Virus record (IMG/VR): IMGVR_UViG_3300046694_000136
Location: 62,001 to 126,000 of that record
DNA: 64,000 nucleotides
Direction: 5' to 3' (one strand)
Positions 8,473 through 16,521 of the stretch are shown one piece after another. The translations under genes were made by a program, and so were the position numbers. The notes beneath the pieces are model-generated. The model was not told where the DNA came from and searched no databases. It worked only from the letters and a program-made list of their open reading frames with translations. Numbering within the stretch: position 1 is the first letter of the stretch; the number at the start of each line of letters is the position of its first letter.

Positions 8473-9066
8473 ATGACAACAGTAGCGTGGGACGGTAATA
8501 CCTTAGCAGCAGATACTCTTTACGTGGCCGGTACTCGTAAGCTGGGAGGGGATTATGAAAAGATCCTGCTTCCGGAAGATACTCCATGGACAGTTAACGG
8601 TAAACCCATTCTGGCAGTTGGCTTCAGTGGGTCGATTGCGACTATCCCATGCATCAAGAAAGTTCTGGAAGCTGACGCAGTACCCGGGGTTGATCCAGCA
8701 TGTGGAGATTACAGCTTCACGATCTTGTTGGTAACCGATAAGAAAGAAGTTTACTACTGGAACTACGGCTCCACTGCTAAAGGCGAAGTGATTAACGAGC
8801 TCTTCGCTGTGGAAGGTAATCACGCTATTGGTAGCGGCGGGATTTACGGTCTAGGGGTCATGGCCATTAAAGGCGATGCAATCAACGCAGTGAAAGCCGG
8901 TATCAAAATCGATGTCAACAGCGGCGGTTACATTGACGTGTGGTCTTTCGAGACTCCTCGTCTGCTGACACGGATTAACCCCAAGGGCGGTGAAATCATC
9001 TCTGCCAAACAAAACACACCTGCTCCCGAAAAGAGCAAAGCTATCTTATGCGCCGTGAACGGCTGA
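8473..9066 (+). CDS. Proteasome beta/HslV-like Ntn hydrolase, copy 3
   Basis: Probable start ATG 8473: MTTVAWDG..AADT, EKI, IGSGG, DVNSGG. Confidence 0.8.
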   Translation: MTTVAWDGNTLAADTLYVAGTRKLGGDYEKILLPEDTPWTVNGKPILAVGFSGSIATIPCIKKVLEADAVPGVDPACGDYSFTILLVTDKKEVYYWNYGSTAKGEVINELFAVEGNHAIGSGGIYGLGVMAIKGDAINAVKAGIKIDVNSGGYIDVWSFETPRLLTRINPKGGEIISAKQNTPAPEKSKAILCAVNG

Positions 9067-9175
9067 GTTAGCCATCGCTCCATCGAGATCGTGGTGGGTT
9101 ATGGGAGGTTAGACACCACACCCCCTCTTTACAGACTATTCTCTATCTGGTCTGTGAGGGTTGCCTACAAAACTT

Positions 9176-9230
9176 CCCCCCTCTCCCCCTACTCCTTCGG
9201 GGGTGGGGGTTAGGGGGTTATATTTTTATT
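9176..9230 (+). terminator. Intrinsic terminator
   Basis: C-rich/G-rich stem around a TTCG loop, followed by a T-rich tract. Confidence 0.75.
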
Positions 9231-9260
9231 TCATTTTTTGTAACTGGGACCAGATACTAT

Positions 9261-9397
9261 GTCCCCAGTACTGATTAGTGTGTCATGGCTCTCGTCAGTG
9301 CAAGGGGTGTTGCAAACCAATGTGATCTCCCCACACTCCATTTTGGAGGCCTGGCGATGCCCTATGTGGCGTAGGCATTGCCGGGTAACTTTTTTAT
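9261..9397 (+). ncRNA. Candidate structured small RNA
   Basis: Lies between a terminator and its own terminator (9350-9395), preceded by GATACTATG; several helices and a possible pseudoknot. Confidence 0.4.
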
Positions 9398-9426
9398 TTG
9401 CAATTTGGGCTGAAATATTTCGGCTC

Positions 9427-9434
9427 TATATTAC
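9427..9434 (+). promoter_or_regulatory. Early promoter TATATTAC
   Basis: Exact phiKZ early motif with upstream TTT, 70 nt before phuZ. Confidence 0.75.
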
Positions 9435-9503
9435 TAGGTTGTAGAGCAAATAGAGAATGCTTTATAACCTATTTTTGTAACGTCAACTCAAGAGTGATTA
9501 ATA

Positions 9504-10469
9504 ATGTCTGATTCTACCGATCTGAAAATCTGGGCTTGCGGTGGTACTGGTATCAACGTTTCGGCCGAAGCCAAAGCCAAGCCTCTGACTCAAGCAATCA
9601 AAGATGCACACGTGATCGGCCTGGACAGCTCTGACGCCAACGACAGCTCTGACCTGTTCGAAATCCACCGCATCGCAGGTCTGCAAGGCGCCGGCAAAGA
9701 CGCCAACAAAATCATGGACAAAGTCCGTCCGTTCGTGAAGGCTCTCGTTGCCAGCGAAAAACCTGGTAACCACAACATCGTCGTCGTGAACATCTCCGGT
9801 GGTACCGGTCGTGGTATGGCGTTCCAACTGGTGCGCGAACTGATCGAGAAAGAAGCGATCGTTATCCTGGCAATGATCTCGGACTTCACCTCGGTCACCG
9901 AGAAAGAAAACTCGGTCAAACAGCGCACTGCTCTGGTGAACATGATCAACCAGCTCGGCAAGCCGATCTGCTTCATGGAGTTCACCGAAGACGCTGACAA
10001 AACTCGCGGTGAAGTGAACGCGGAAGTTATCCAAGGCATTGCTCTGGCCTCGGTGTTCCTGAGCAAGTACAAGTCGGAAATGGAAGTCTCCGACCTGACC
10101 AACCTGTTCAACTACTCCTACGACAACAAGGTTCCGCCGGCGCTGAGTCGTATCCAGTTCTACGACGAAGTCACTTCCAAGGAATACAACGGCCCGACTC
10201 CTGTAGCGGTTGGTAGTTTGTTCATCGACAACGCTTCGGTTCGCCAAGTGTTCCCTGGAACGGTTTACCGTAGTACCGGTATTCTGAACAAGAAGAACAA
10301 CCCGCCTGGCGATCTGAAAGAACTGCACCTGACTCTCGACCACGGTGAAGCGTACGCTGCACTGCAAGAAGAGATCAAGGCGCTGGCCGACGACAAAGCC
10401 CAACTGGCTGCCCGCTTCGTGTCCCAGAAAGACATGAGTGCCGGTGCTGCTGATGACGGCTTCTGCTAA
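9504..10469 (+). CDS. phuZ: Phage tubulin PhuZ
   Basis: ACGGTGIN, GAGKD, tubulin-like SGGTGRG, acidic C-terminal tail ADDGFC; 321 aa. Confidence 0.92.
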   Translation: MSDSTDLKIWACGGTGINVSAEAKAKPLTQAIKDAHVIGLDSSDANDSSDLFEIHRIAGLQGAGKDANKIMDKVRPFVKALVASEKPGNHNIVVVNISGGTGRGMAFQLVRELIEKEAIVILAMISDFTSVTEKENSVKQRTALVNMINQLGKPICFMEFTEDADKTRGEVNAEVIQGIALASVFLSKYKSEMEVSDLTNLFNYSYDNKVPPALSRIQFYDEVTSKEYNGPTPVAVGSLFIDNASVRQVFPGTVYRSTGILNKKNNPPGDLKELHLTLDHGEAYAALQEEIKALADDKAQLAARFVSQKDMSAGAADDGFC

Positions 10470-10486
10470 GTAGCAGACGGTAAATA

Positions 10487-10522
10487 CCTTAGTTAGGAGC
10501 GCGCGCTCCTAACTAAGGGTTT
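10487..10522 (+). terminator. Intrinsic terminator
   Basis: Perfect palindrome CCTTAGTTAGGAGCGCGCGCTCCTAACTAAGG followed by GTTT. Confidence 0.85.
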
Positions 10523-10551
10523 ATTATGCAAAACTGTATTTTTACTGGGCT

Positions 10552-10559
10552 TACATTAC
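10552..10559 (+). promoter_or_regulatory. Early promoter TACATTAC
   Basis: Motif variant upstream of the small-gene operon. Confidence 0.65.
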
Positions 10560-10596
10560 TATAGTGGGTTGTGTATTTGAAAATGAGGGCTTAAAC

Positions 10597-10890
10597 GTGT
10601 CTAAGAGCTTCTGTATTGATTTGAATCACTATCAGTTGACCCGGACCATAGGTAACGGAGGAAAGACGCTTAGAACGGCTGTAGATCGATCCGATCTCAT
10701 TAACTGTTTAGAAGGCCTCGGTTACAATAGACTTGCTGAAGTGTCTTTCGGCAATGGTCGGTTTGGTTCTATCCCTGATTTTGAAGATGTGTTGCTTAAG
10801 CAGACATTAGGTATTCCTACCTCTGCTAACGTGGAAGTTAACCGAATAGGGACAGCGGGTAACATCTATTATCTTTCCTTCACTTATTGA
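10597..10890 (+). CDS. Small hypothetical early protein
   Basis: GTG start with GAGGG RBS; first of a tightly packed operon. Confidence 0.65.
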   Translation: MSKSFCIDLNHYQLTRTIGNGGKTLRTAVDRSDLINCLEGLGYNRLAEVSFGNGRFGSIPDFEDVLLKQTLGIPTSANVEVNRIGTAGNIYYLSFTY

Positions 10891-10899
10891 GACAACCTG

Positions 10900-11475
10900 A
10901 TGATTCTTTTTAACGTGTTTGAATTGGCCAAAGATCTTTTCTTCGAAGAGAAGGTCGAAGCTTCAGTACGACAGGTACTGGCTAAGGATATGGTTGACTC
11001 AGCCGTAGAGATCTTTAATTACCCCCATCTCGAGAATGCCGAGATCTGCAAGTTCCTGGAAGAATGGGAATCTGCTTACGGGGTGATGAACATCGAAAAG
11101 GTTATGGTTGGGTTAGTCAACACCATCCGTAAAAATGTCAGAAGATCTGGTTGGGATCGCCGTTGCTTAGCTAAAGTGGAATATCAAGGTGACGGTCGTG
11201 GGTTCTTAATGGCTCGTGTGGTAATGGACTTGGATGAAACCATGGCCAAGATGCTAGCGAGTATCCCTGCTGTGGATAACTCTGAACCAGTCGCAGAAGC
11301 GGTATCTGACCATCCTGATCCGGATATGTTAAATGAACTCAACAAAACGGCTGAAAAACAGACCCGCCGGAATCTACAGGTACTATCAGGTAGTGTTGCT
11401 CCCAACCTACGATCAGATTCGCCAAAAGGTTGGCGGAGTGTGCAACGGGGAGATACGGGGAACTGGGGCGTATAA
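10900..11475 (+). CDS. Hypothetical early protein
   Basis: 191 aa ORF in operon. Confidence 0.7.
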   Translation: MILFNVFELAKDLFFEEKVEASVRQVLAKDMVDSAVEIFNYPHLENAEICKFLEEWESAYGVMNIEKVMVGLVNTIRKNVRRSGWDRRCLAKVEYQGDGRGFLMARVVMDLDETMAKMLASIPAVDNSEPVAEAVSDHPDPDMLNELNKTAEKQTRRNLQVLSGSVAPNLRSDSPKGWRSVQRGDTGNWGV

Positions 11476-11749
11476 CGAAGTAGCTCAAGGAGTCTTCCAG
11501 ATTGCTCTTGACCGGTTTGCGATGGTTAATAGAGGACTGGACATGGAGAGCTTAGCGTTCGGCACCGGCAGAGCGCGTTACCACATCAAGGATGAGGATC
11601 TGGAGAATCTGGTTGAGGATGCCTATTACCAAATAGGGGTACCGATCTTTAACTTGTTGGCGAACACGTCGTTTAAGAAACCGTTCATGTTTTGGTTGTT
11701 CCCCAACTTCCATTTGGTAGTAGCAATTAACGCGCAGGATTTCCGATGA
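11333..11749 (+). CDS. Small hypothetical early protein (true start probably near 11438)
   Basis: Fills the gap to the next gene with an ATGA overlap. Confidence 0.6.
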   Translation: MNSTKRLKNRPAGIYRYYQVVLLPTYDQIRQKVGGVCNGEIRGTGAYNEVAQGVFQIALDRFAMVNRGLDMESLAFGTGRARYHIKDEDLENLVEDAYYQIGVPIFNLLANTSFKKPFMFWLFPNFHLVVAINAQDFR

Positions 11750-12078
11750 GTCAAGTCATCACGATTACGACTACTAACGTCCATAGAGCCTTTCAGAACA
11801 AAGGTTATACGGACGAAAAGATTTGCTCTATTTTAACTGGACTAGTAAGTATTTGGAGGGTTAACGAAAATATTGAAGATATCACTAACAATGTGGTGAT
11901 GTCTGAGCTTGAAGATGATGATCTGATGGCCGCGTTTTTGTGGAACTCGGTTAGCAAAGAGTTAATCGAGACCGGGCGGTATGTACGGGAACTTTCTTTG
12001 AAGCACATGTTGGTACGTTGGTCGGTTGTTCCTTTCGCAATTATGTTGGAGTTTGAAGATGGACCCAAAACCACTTAA
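11746..12078 (+). CDS. Small hypothetical early protein
   Basis: 110 aa, ATGA coupling. Confidence 0.7.
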   Translation: MSQVITITTTNVHRAFQNKGYTDEKICSILTGLVSIWRVNENIEDITNNVVMSELEDDDLMAAFLWNSVSKELIETGRYVRELSLKHMLVRWSVVPFAIMLEFEDGPKTT

Positions 12079-12370
12079 GACGGTTAGTCATTTGGTAACC
12101 CTTGGTTATTTGGCGGATGTACAGTACTGTTTGAACTTGTATGCGGCACTGTTCACTGGTATGGGTATCACTAACACCATTCTCCAAGTCCCCGCTGCTG
12201 GTCCTGCGCATCCTATCGAAACTGAAGCTACAAGGATCAACGCAGCATTCTTTAGAGACATGCAAACCTTTAAACAACTCACGATCAGTAAAGTCAACGT
12301 CCACGTTGTCAGTGCCACGGTCAACGGTTTCAATCTTCATTTCATGATCGGGTATAACGAACCCTACTAA
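12059..12370 (+). CDS. Small hypothetical early protein
   Basis: ATG 12059 with GGAG RBS. Confidence 0.65.
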   Translation: MDPKPLKTVSHLVTLGYLADVQYCLNLYAALFTGMGITNTILQVPAAGPAHPIETEATRINAAFFRDMQTFKQLTISKVNVHVVSATVNGFNLHFMIGYNEPY

Positions 12371-12381
12371 GGTCCTTTTCC

Positions 12382-12747
12382 ATGACGCAACGGATCCTAA
12401 AGATAAACTACACCCAAGTAGCAGCTCATTTGGGTGAACGGCTAGCTCGCTCGCAGGATCCAGACACCCCTCCGCACAACCTCACTTTTGGGTGTGTTCA
12501 TGGAATCCTAACCAGCTTGTTCAACGATTACGAGGGAGAACTTAACTACCCCTTTGGGAAGGAACATCTTACTGAGGTCCCATACGGCACCATAGGTACC
12601 GAAGCTCAAGCCCTTACTGAAATCCTTTTTGCGGATCTTGGTTCGGACAGTTTCGACGACGTGGTGATTAGTAACACGCCTGGGGTTGTAACGTGGTATA
12701 AGGAGAATCCCATCATGTTCCCCTTGGTACTCATCAAAGTAAGTTGA
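12382..12747 (+). CDS. Small hypothetical early protein
   Basis: 121 aa, AAGG RBS. Confidence 0.7.
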   Translation: MTQRILKINYTQVAAHLGERLARSQDPDTPPHNLTFGCVHGILTSLFNDYEGELNYPFGKEHLTEVPYGTIGTEAQALTEILFADLGSDSFDDVVISNTPGVVTWYKENPIMFPLVLIKVS

Positions 12748-12758
12748 AGGGGGTAGTA

Positions 12759-13172
12759 ATGATCAAACCATTAATGAACGACATCGTTGATTTCAAGTAC
12801 GTGCAGTCTGGGATCATTGGCGACGAAGAACGGGGCTGCGTGATCATCGGTCCCGAGCTGAACTTCCAGGCTGCGCGCTTGATTGCTCCAGAAATTGTGG
12901 TCAAGCACGCCAACATGTTCCCGTACTTCGGGGATAAGGTTAACCAGAACAACGACCCAGGCGCTTACAACTACTTCCTGATTCGTCGTCCTAATGACTC
13001 GGTTGAAGTCATCGGCTACCCTTGGGTGAACGAAGATACGTTCAAGACTGTCTCTGGTCGAGTGCGGATCTACAACCTCAGCAACTTCAGCGAGAAGATG
13101 GCGGGTCCTATCGCTAAGCTGTTTGCTGACTTGGGAATCTCCTACACTCAGAACGATGTCGACACCCAGTGA
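12759..13172 (+). CDS. Conserved core protein (phiKZ gp49-like, SH3-like fold)
   Basis: H.N..PY..DP..Y.Y..IG.PWV signature; immediately upstream of the polymerase as in phiKZ. Confidence 0.6.
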   Translation: MIKPLMNDIVDFKYVQSGIIGDEERGCVIIGPELNFQAARLIAPEIVVKHANMFPYFGDKVNQNNDPGAYNYFLIRRPNDSVEVIGYPWVNEDTFKTVSGRVRIYNLSNFSEKMAGPIAKLFADLGISYTQNDVDTQ

Positions 13173-13184
13173 AAGTTTTCAAAA

Positions 13185-13226
13185 ACCACACCTCCTATTA
13201 GTTAGGGGGTGTGGGTAACTTTTTTA
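13185..13226 (+). terminator. Intrinsic terminator
   Basis: CCACACCTCCT...AGGGGGTGTGG stem followed by a T-run. Confidence 0.8.
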
Positions 13227-13279
13227 TTTGCCTCTTTATTTTTTCTTTAATCACTTAACACGCACGAGAGCATTGGACC

Positions 13280-15385
13280 ATGGGTGTACCTGCTAAAGTA
13301 GACGGTGGTGTAACCATCGCTGTATCACCCTTCATGGACAAGAATTACGAAACCAACCGAAATTTCCTGAAACCTTACCACTATCAAGCCGCTAACTTCC
13401 TGTCGATCGTTTACAACTACGATTACGACCATTTGCTAGAACTGATGCGGGTAGTGTTCGTACCTGCTGAGAATGGCTTTAAAGAAGCTAAGTTCAAGAT
13501 CTTCAAGAAGAACAAACACGGTGACCGGGTCGTAGAAGTTGTATACACCCGTGAGTTCTTCAATTACGTTAGACAAAAGAATTACCACTTATCTCCGTCG
13601 CTGGTAGCGTATACCCATACCGACGAAGAACAGTCCGTTAACTCGATCGCAACTGAAACCTTCATTGACTTCCGTCGTTTCTACAAAGGTAAGTTACACG
13701 AAGCCAAAGAAGTAGGTGATTCCGAAGCGGCCAAAGCGTTCCACGAGATCCAGAACGCCTTGAAGATCTTCAACAACGCCCAGTCGGGTGCAATGTCGTC
13801 TTCGGGTACTCCGCTATTCAACCACTCTGGTCATACCACTCTGACCAGTATCTGCCGTTCCCTGACTTCGACTGCAAACTTGATTAACGAACGACTGATT
13901 ACCGGTAACCGGTTACTGTTGTCGTACAACAAGACCATTGAAGGCTTCTTGGCTCAGTTGCAGTTCTCTGACCATCACCTCATTGAGGAAGTGATTAAAG
14001 AACACGGTATGAAGTACGCGACTGTTGACCAAGTCATGGACATGGTTCGTCGTTGCGCTAACTACTACTTCAGCAGCAAGTCTAAGCTGGCGAAAATTCA
14101 TCGTTTCGTTGAGTTGTTGACGGGTCTGGAACGTACCATCCTGCTGTGCGTGATGGACATTCGTGGTCTGTACACGACTAACCCGAAAGTCATGACCCAG
14201 TTCTTTGCTGAGTGGTGTGCGGTTCCTGAGATTCCAGAAGGCGCTGAGCCTGACGACTTCCTCAAGCCAACCAACGGGGACTACAAGATCCTCTGCTTGA
14301 CCAAGCTGGGCCGTGACCCAAGCAAGTTGGCAATGAACCACCTGAACCAGTACCACGTGAGTTTGGAAGCCAAGTGGTCCAAGTTCATCATGGCATTCTT
14401 CCGTTCTCGTATCCCACCGACTGGGATTTACGATGTAAAAGAGATCGTTCGTGAAAGCGTAATGACCTCCGACACTGACTCCGTGATCTACAGTGTTGAC
14501 ATGGTAATTGAGAACTTCGCTAAGGACGAAGAAACCGAGATTCGTTTCAATGGCGTATTGACGTACTTCATCCGTTGCATTGCTGTAGACCAACACGCCA
14601 AGCTCAGCGTTAACATGAACGTGGCGAAGAAGTTCCAGCATCGTCTGCACATGAAGAATGAGTTCCTGTATACAGCCTACTTCACAACCAACATGTCTAA
14701 GCACTACTTCATGCTGGAGCTGATGTGTGAAGGGGTAATGTACGAAGCGGCTAAGCTGGAGAAGAAAGGGGTTCACTTGAAGGGCGTGAAGATCGCGGAA
14801 CTGGTCCGTAACTTTACGGGTAAAGTGATGAGACAAGCACTTGATACGCTGTACAACAAAGAGAAGTTGTGCGCAGCGACCCTGCTTAAAGAAGTGGCTG
14901 ACATTGAACGAGCGTTGATCGACAATATCAGTAATGGCGGATGGTTGTGGTTGCGGAAGGATAACATCAAGCATGAATCGGTGTACGCCAATCCGGACTC
15001 GAGTATCTACTACTACCACAAGATGTGGAAAAACCTACTGGAGCCTAAATACGGCGAAGCTCCACAACTGCCGTACAAAGCTTATAAAGTAAACTTGGCT
15101 CTCGATGGCAAGAAGAAGATGGCAACCTTCATTGACAGTATCGAGGATGAGAACTTTAAAGCGATGGCTCAGTCCTTCTTTAAAGATCGTGATGGTCTGA
15201 CGTCTCTGTACGTCCCAACAGACATGATCGAAGGCATTGGGGGGATTCCTAAAGAGTTCTTGCCGTTTGTAGACATTCGGCAGGTTATCCAACAGAACCT
15301 GAAGTCGGTGTACGCAATCTTGGAATCGTTCGGTCTATACATTCTGAACGCCAAGACAACCCGACTGGTATCGGACGAACATTAA
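13280..15385 (+). CDS. Split family-B DNA polymerase, polymerase part (phiKZ gp50-like)
   Basis: Motif B LKIFNNAQSGA, motif C SDTDS, KHY and KGV motifs; 701 aa. Confidence 0.88.
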   Translation: MGVPAKVDGGVTIAVSPFMDKNYETNRNFLKPYHYQAANFLSIVYNYDYDHLLELMRVVFVPAENGFKEAKFKIFKKNKHGDRVVEVVYTREFFNYVRQKNYHLSPSLVAYTHTDEEQSVNSIATETFIDFRRFYKGKLHEAKEVGDSEAAKAFHEIQNALKIFNNAQSGAMSSSGTPLFNHSGHTTLTSICRSLTSTANLINERLITGNRLLLSYNKTIEGFLAQLQFSDHHLIEEVIKEHGMKYATVDQVMDMVRRCANYYFSSKSKLAKIHRFVELLTGLERTILLCVMDIRGLYTTNPKVMTQFFAEWCAVPEIPEGAEPDDFLKPTNGDYKILCLTKLGRDPSKLAMNHLNQYHVSLEAKWSKFIMAFFRSRIPPTGIYDVKEIVRESVMTSDTDSVIYSVDMVIENFAKDEETEIRFNGVLTYFIRCIAVDQHAKLSVNMNVAKKFQHRLHMKNEFLYTAYFTTNMSKHYFMLELMCEGVMYEAAKLEKKGVHLKGVKIAELVRNFTGKVMRQALDTLYNKEKLCAATLLKEVADIERALIDNISNGGWLWLRKDNIKHESVYANPDSSIYYYHKMWKNLLEPKYGEAPQLPYKAYKVNLALDGKKKMATFIDSIEDENFKAMAQSFFKDRDGLTSLYVPTDMIEGIGGIPKEFLPFVDIRQVIQQNLKSVYAILESFGLYILNAKTTRLVSDEH

Positions 15386-15714
15386 TGGATGCACTTAAAG
15401 AGCTCCTTGCTAAAACCATCCAGGCCGAGGAAATCCTCATTCACGAACCAACCGGTCTGAAGATTGCTTGCTTTGGTGACGACCCCACACCGGCAAATTG
15501 TAAGCATTCAAGGGGTCACCCTCCTATTGAAGTTCTGGAACACATTTACGTAGGAGTGTGTGTCTACGACAACGTCACTGACCTCCGGGTAGAGCGTTTT
15601 GAAGACATTCAGAAACTGCTGGAGATTTCCATGGAAGGTCGCGGTGGACCGCCTATGGTGGTTATATCCCCGCAGCTCCTAGAGGTCATGACAGGAGGTA
15701 TTAATGACAAATAA
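15385..15714 (+). CDS. Hypothetical protein (paralog of the next gene)
   Basis: Shares HEPTGL and VERxED with 15704. Confidence 0.7.
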   Translation: MDALKELLAKTIQAEEILIHEPTGLKIACFGDDPTPANCKHSRGHPPIEVLEHIYVGVCVYDNVTDLRVERFEDIQKLLEISMEGRGGPPMVVISPQLLEVMTGGINDK

Positions 15715-16090
15715 AACCTTAGGAATGCTTGAGGGTGCATCCATGACTGAGTTCAATAAAGATGAGACATTCACGTTAGAAATCAGCGATGACTTGGATC
15801 ACTACCATAACGCTATTTACTTCCATGAACCTACTGGGTTGCGGGTAGGAACGACCTACGACCTCTGTGTAATACCCGCCAGGACTAAAGTACCCAGACC
15901 GGCAACCATGCAAGCATTCAAGCATGTGTGGGTTACCGTTGACGATTGTGGAGAGGCTAGTCCTCTTTATGTAGAGCGATTGGAAGACGCGCCTCGACTT
16001 ATCTCGGTGCTTGAAGAAATCCACCATAAGGGCAAGATAAGTATCGTGATCTCTGAAGAGTTCTTGAAGAAGTCGATACTTAACCTTTAG
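15704..16090 (+). CDS. Hypothetical protein (paralog of the previous gene)
   Basis: AGGAGG RBS; HEPTGL, VERLED. Confidence 0.72.
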   Translation: MTNKTLGMLEGASMTEFNKDETFTLEISDDLDHYHNAIYFHEPTGLRVGTTYDLCVIPARTKVPRPATMQAFKHVWVTVDDCGEASPLYVERLEDAPRLISVLEEIHHKGKISIVISEEFLKKSILNL

Positions 16091-16103
16091 CCTTTATCAG
16101 ACC

Positions 16104-16111
16104 TATATCAC
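16104..16111 (+). promoter_or_regulatory. Early promoter TATATCAC
   Basis: CCTATATCACTAG matches the CCTATATTACTAG family. Confidence 0.65.
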
Positions 16112-16155
16112 TAGGGTAACTAAGACTTATCATCTCGTTATCCTTGGAGGTTGTT

Positions 16156-16476
16156 ATGGGTACTGTTCATTTCTTGCGTTCCAGTGATCGTAGTCATGTG
16201 TCTAGTGACTTGCTTGCTAAGCATCAAGCGATCATCGATGAAGTCAGAGAACTCCACCAGAAAGCAGGAGGATTGATAGACGAAGCCAATGCACTTCTGG
16301 ATGCTGATCTGGTGGCCATCGGGACTGACCCAAATTATAAGTACGATAATGGGGTCCGGGAAAAGTTGGCTGAGCTGCGGGGTGAGCGAGAAGCTCTTAC
16401 TCAGCGCAGTGAGCTCTTACTCAAAAGAGCGGCTGAGTATCTCGAATGGCATGACGAGCTTTTTAAAGATGAGTAA
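16156..16476 (+). CDS. Small helical/coiled-coil early protein
   Basis: GGAGG RBS, own promoter and terminator. Confidence 0.7.
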   Translation: MGTVHFLRSSDRSHVSSDLLAKHQAIIDEVRELHQKAGGLIDEANALLDADLVAIGTDPNYKYDNGVREKLAELRGEREALTQRSELLLKRAAEYLEWHDELFKDE

Positions 16477-16480
16477 TAAT

Positions 16481-16508
16481 GGGAGAGTGGGCTCGCGCCC
16501 ACTCTCCC
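16481..16508. terminator. Bidirectional terminator
   Basis: GGGAGAGTGGGC-TCGC-GCCCACTCTCCC between convergent genes. Confidence 0.82.
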
Positions 16509-16521
16509 TTATCTATGCTCT

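Noticed and set aside
9067-9397. tRNA or known riboswitch
   Set aside because: No cloverleaf, T-loop or recognisable aptamer consensus by eye.
9259-9444. 61 aa ORF
   Set aside because: No RBS; runs through a terminator and the phuZ promoter.
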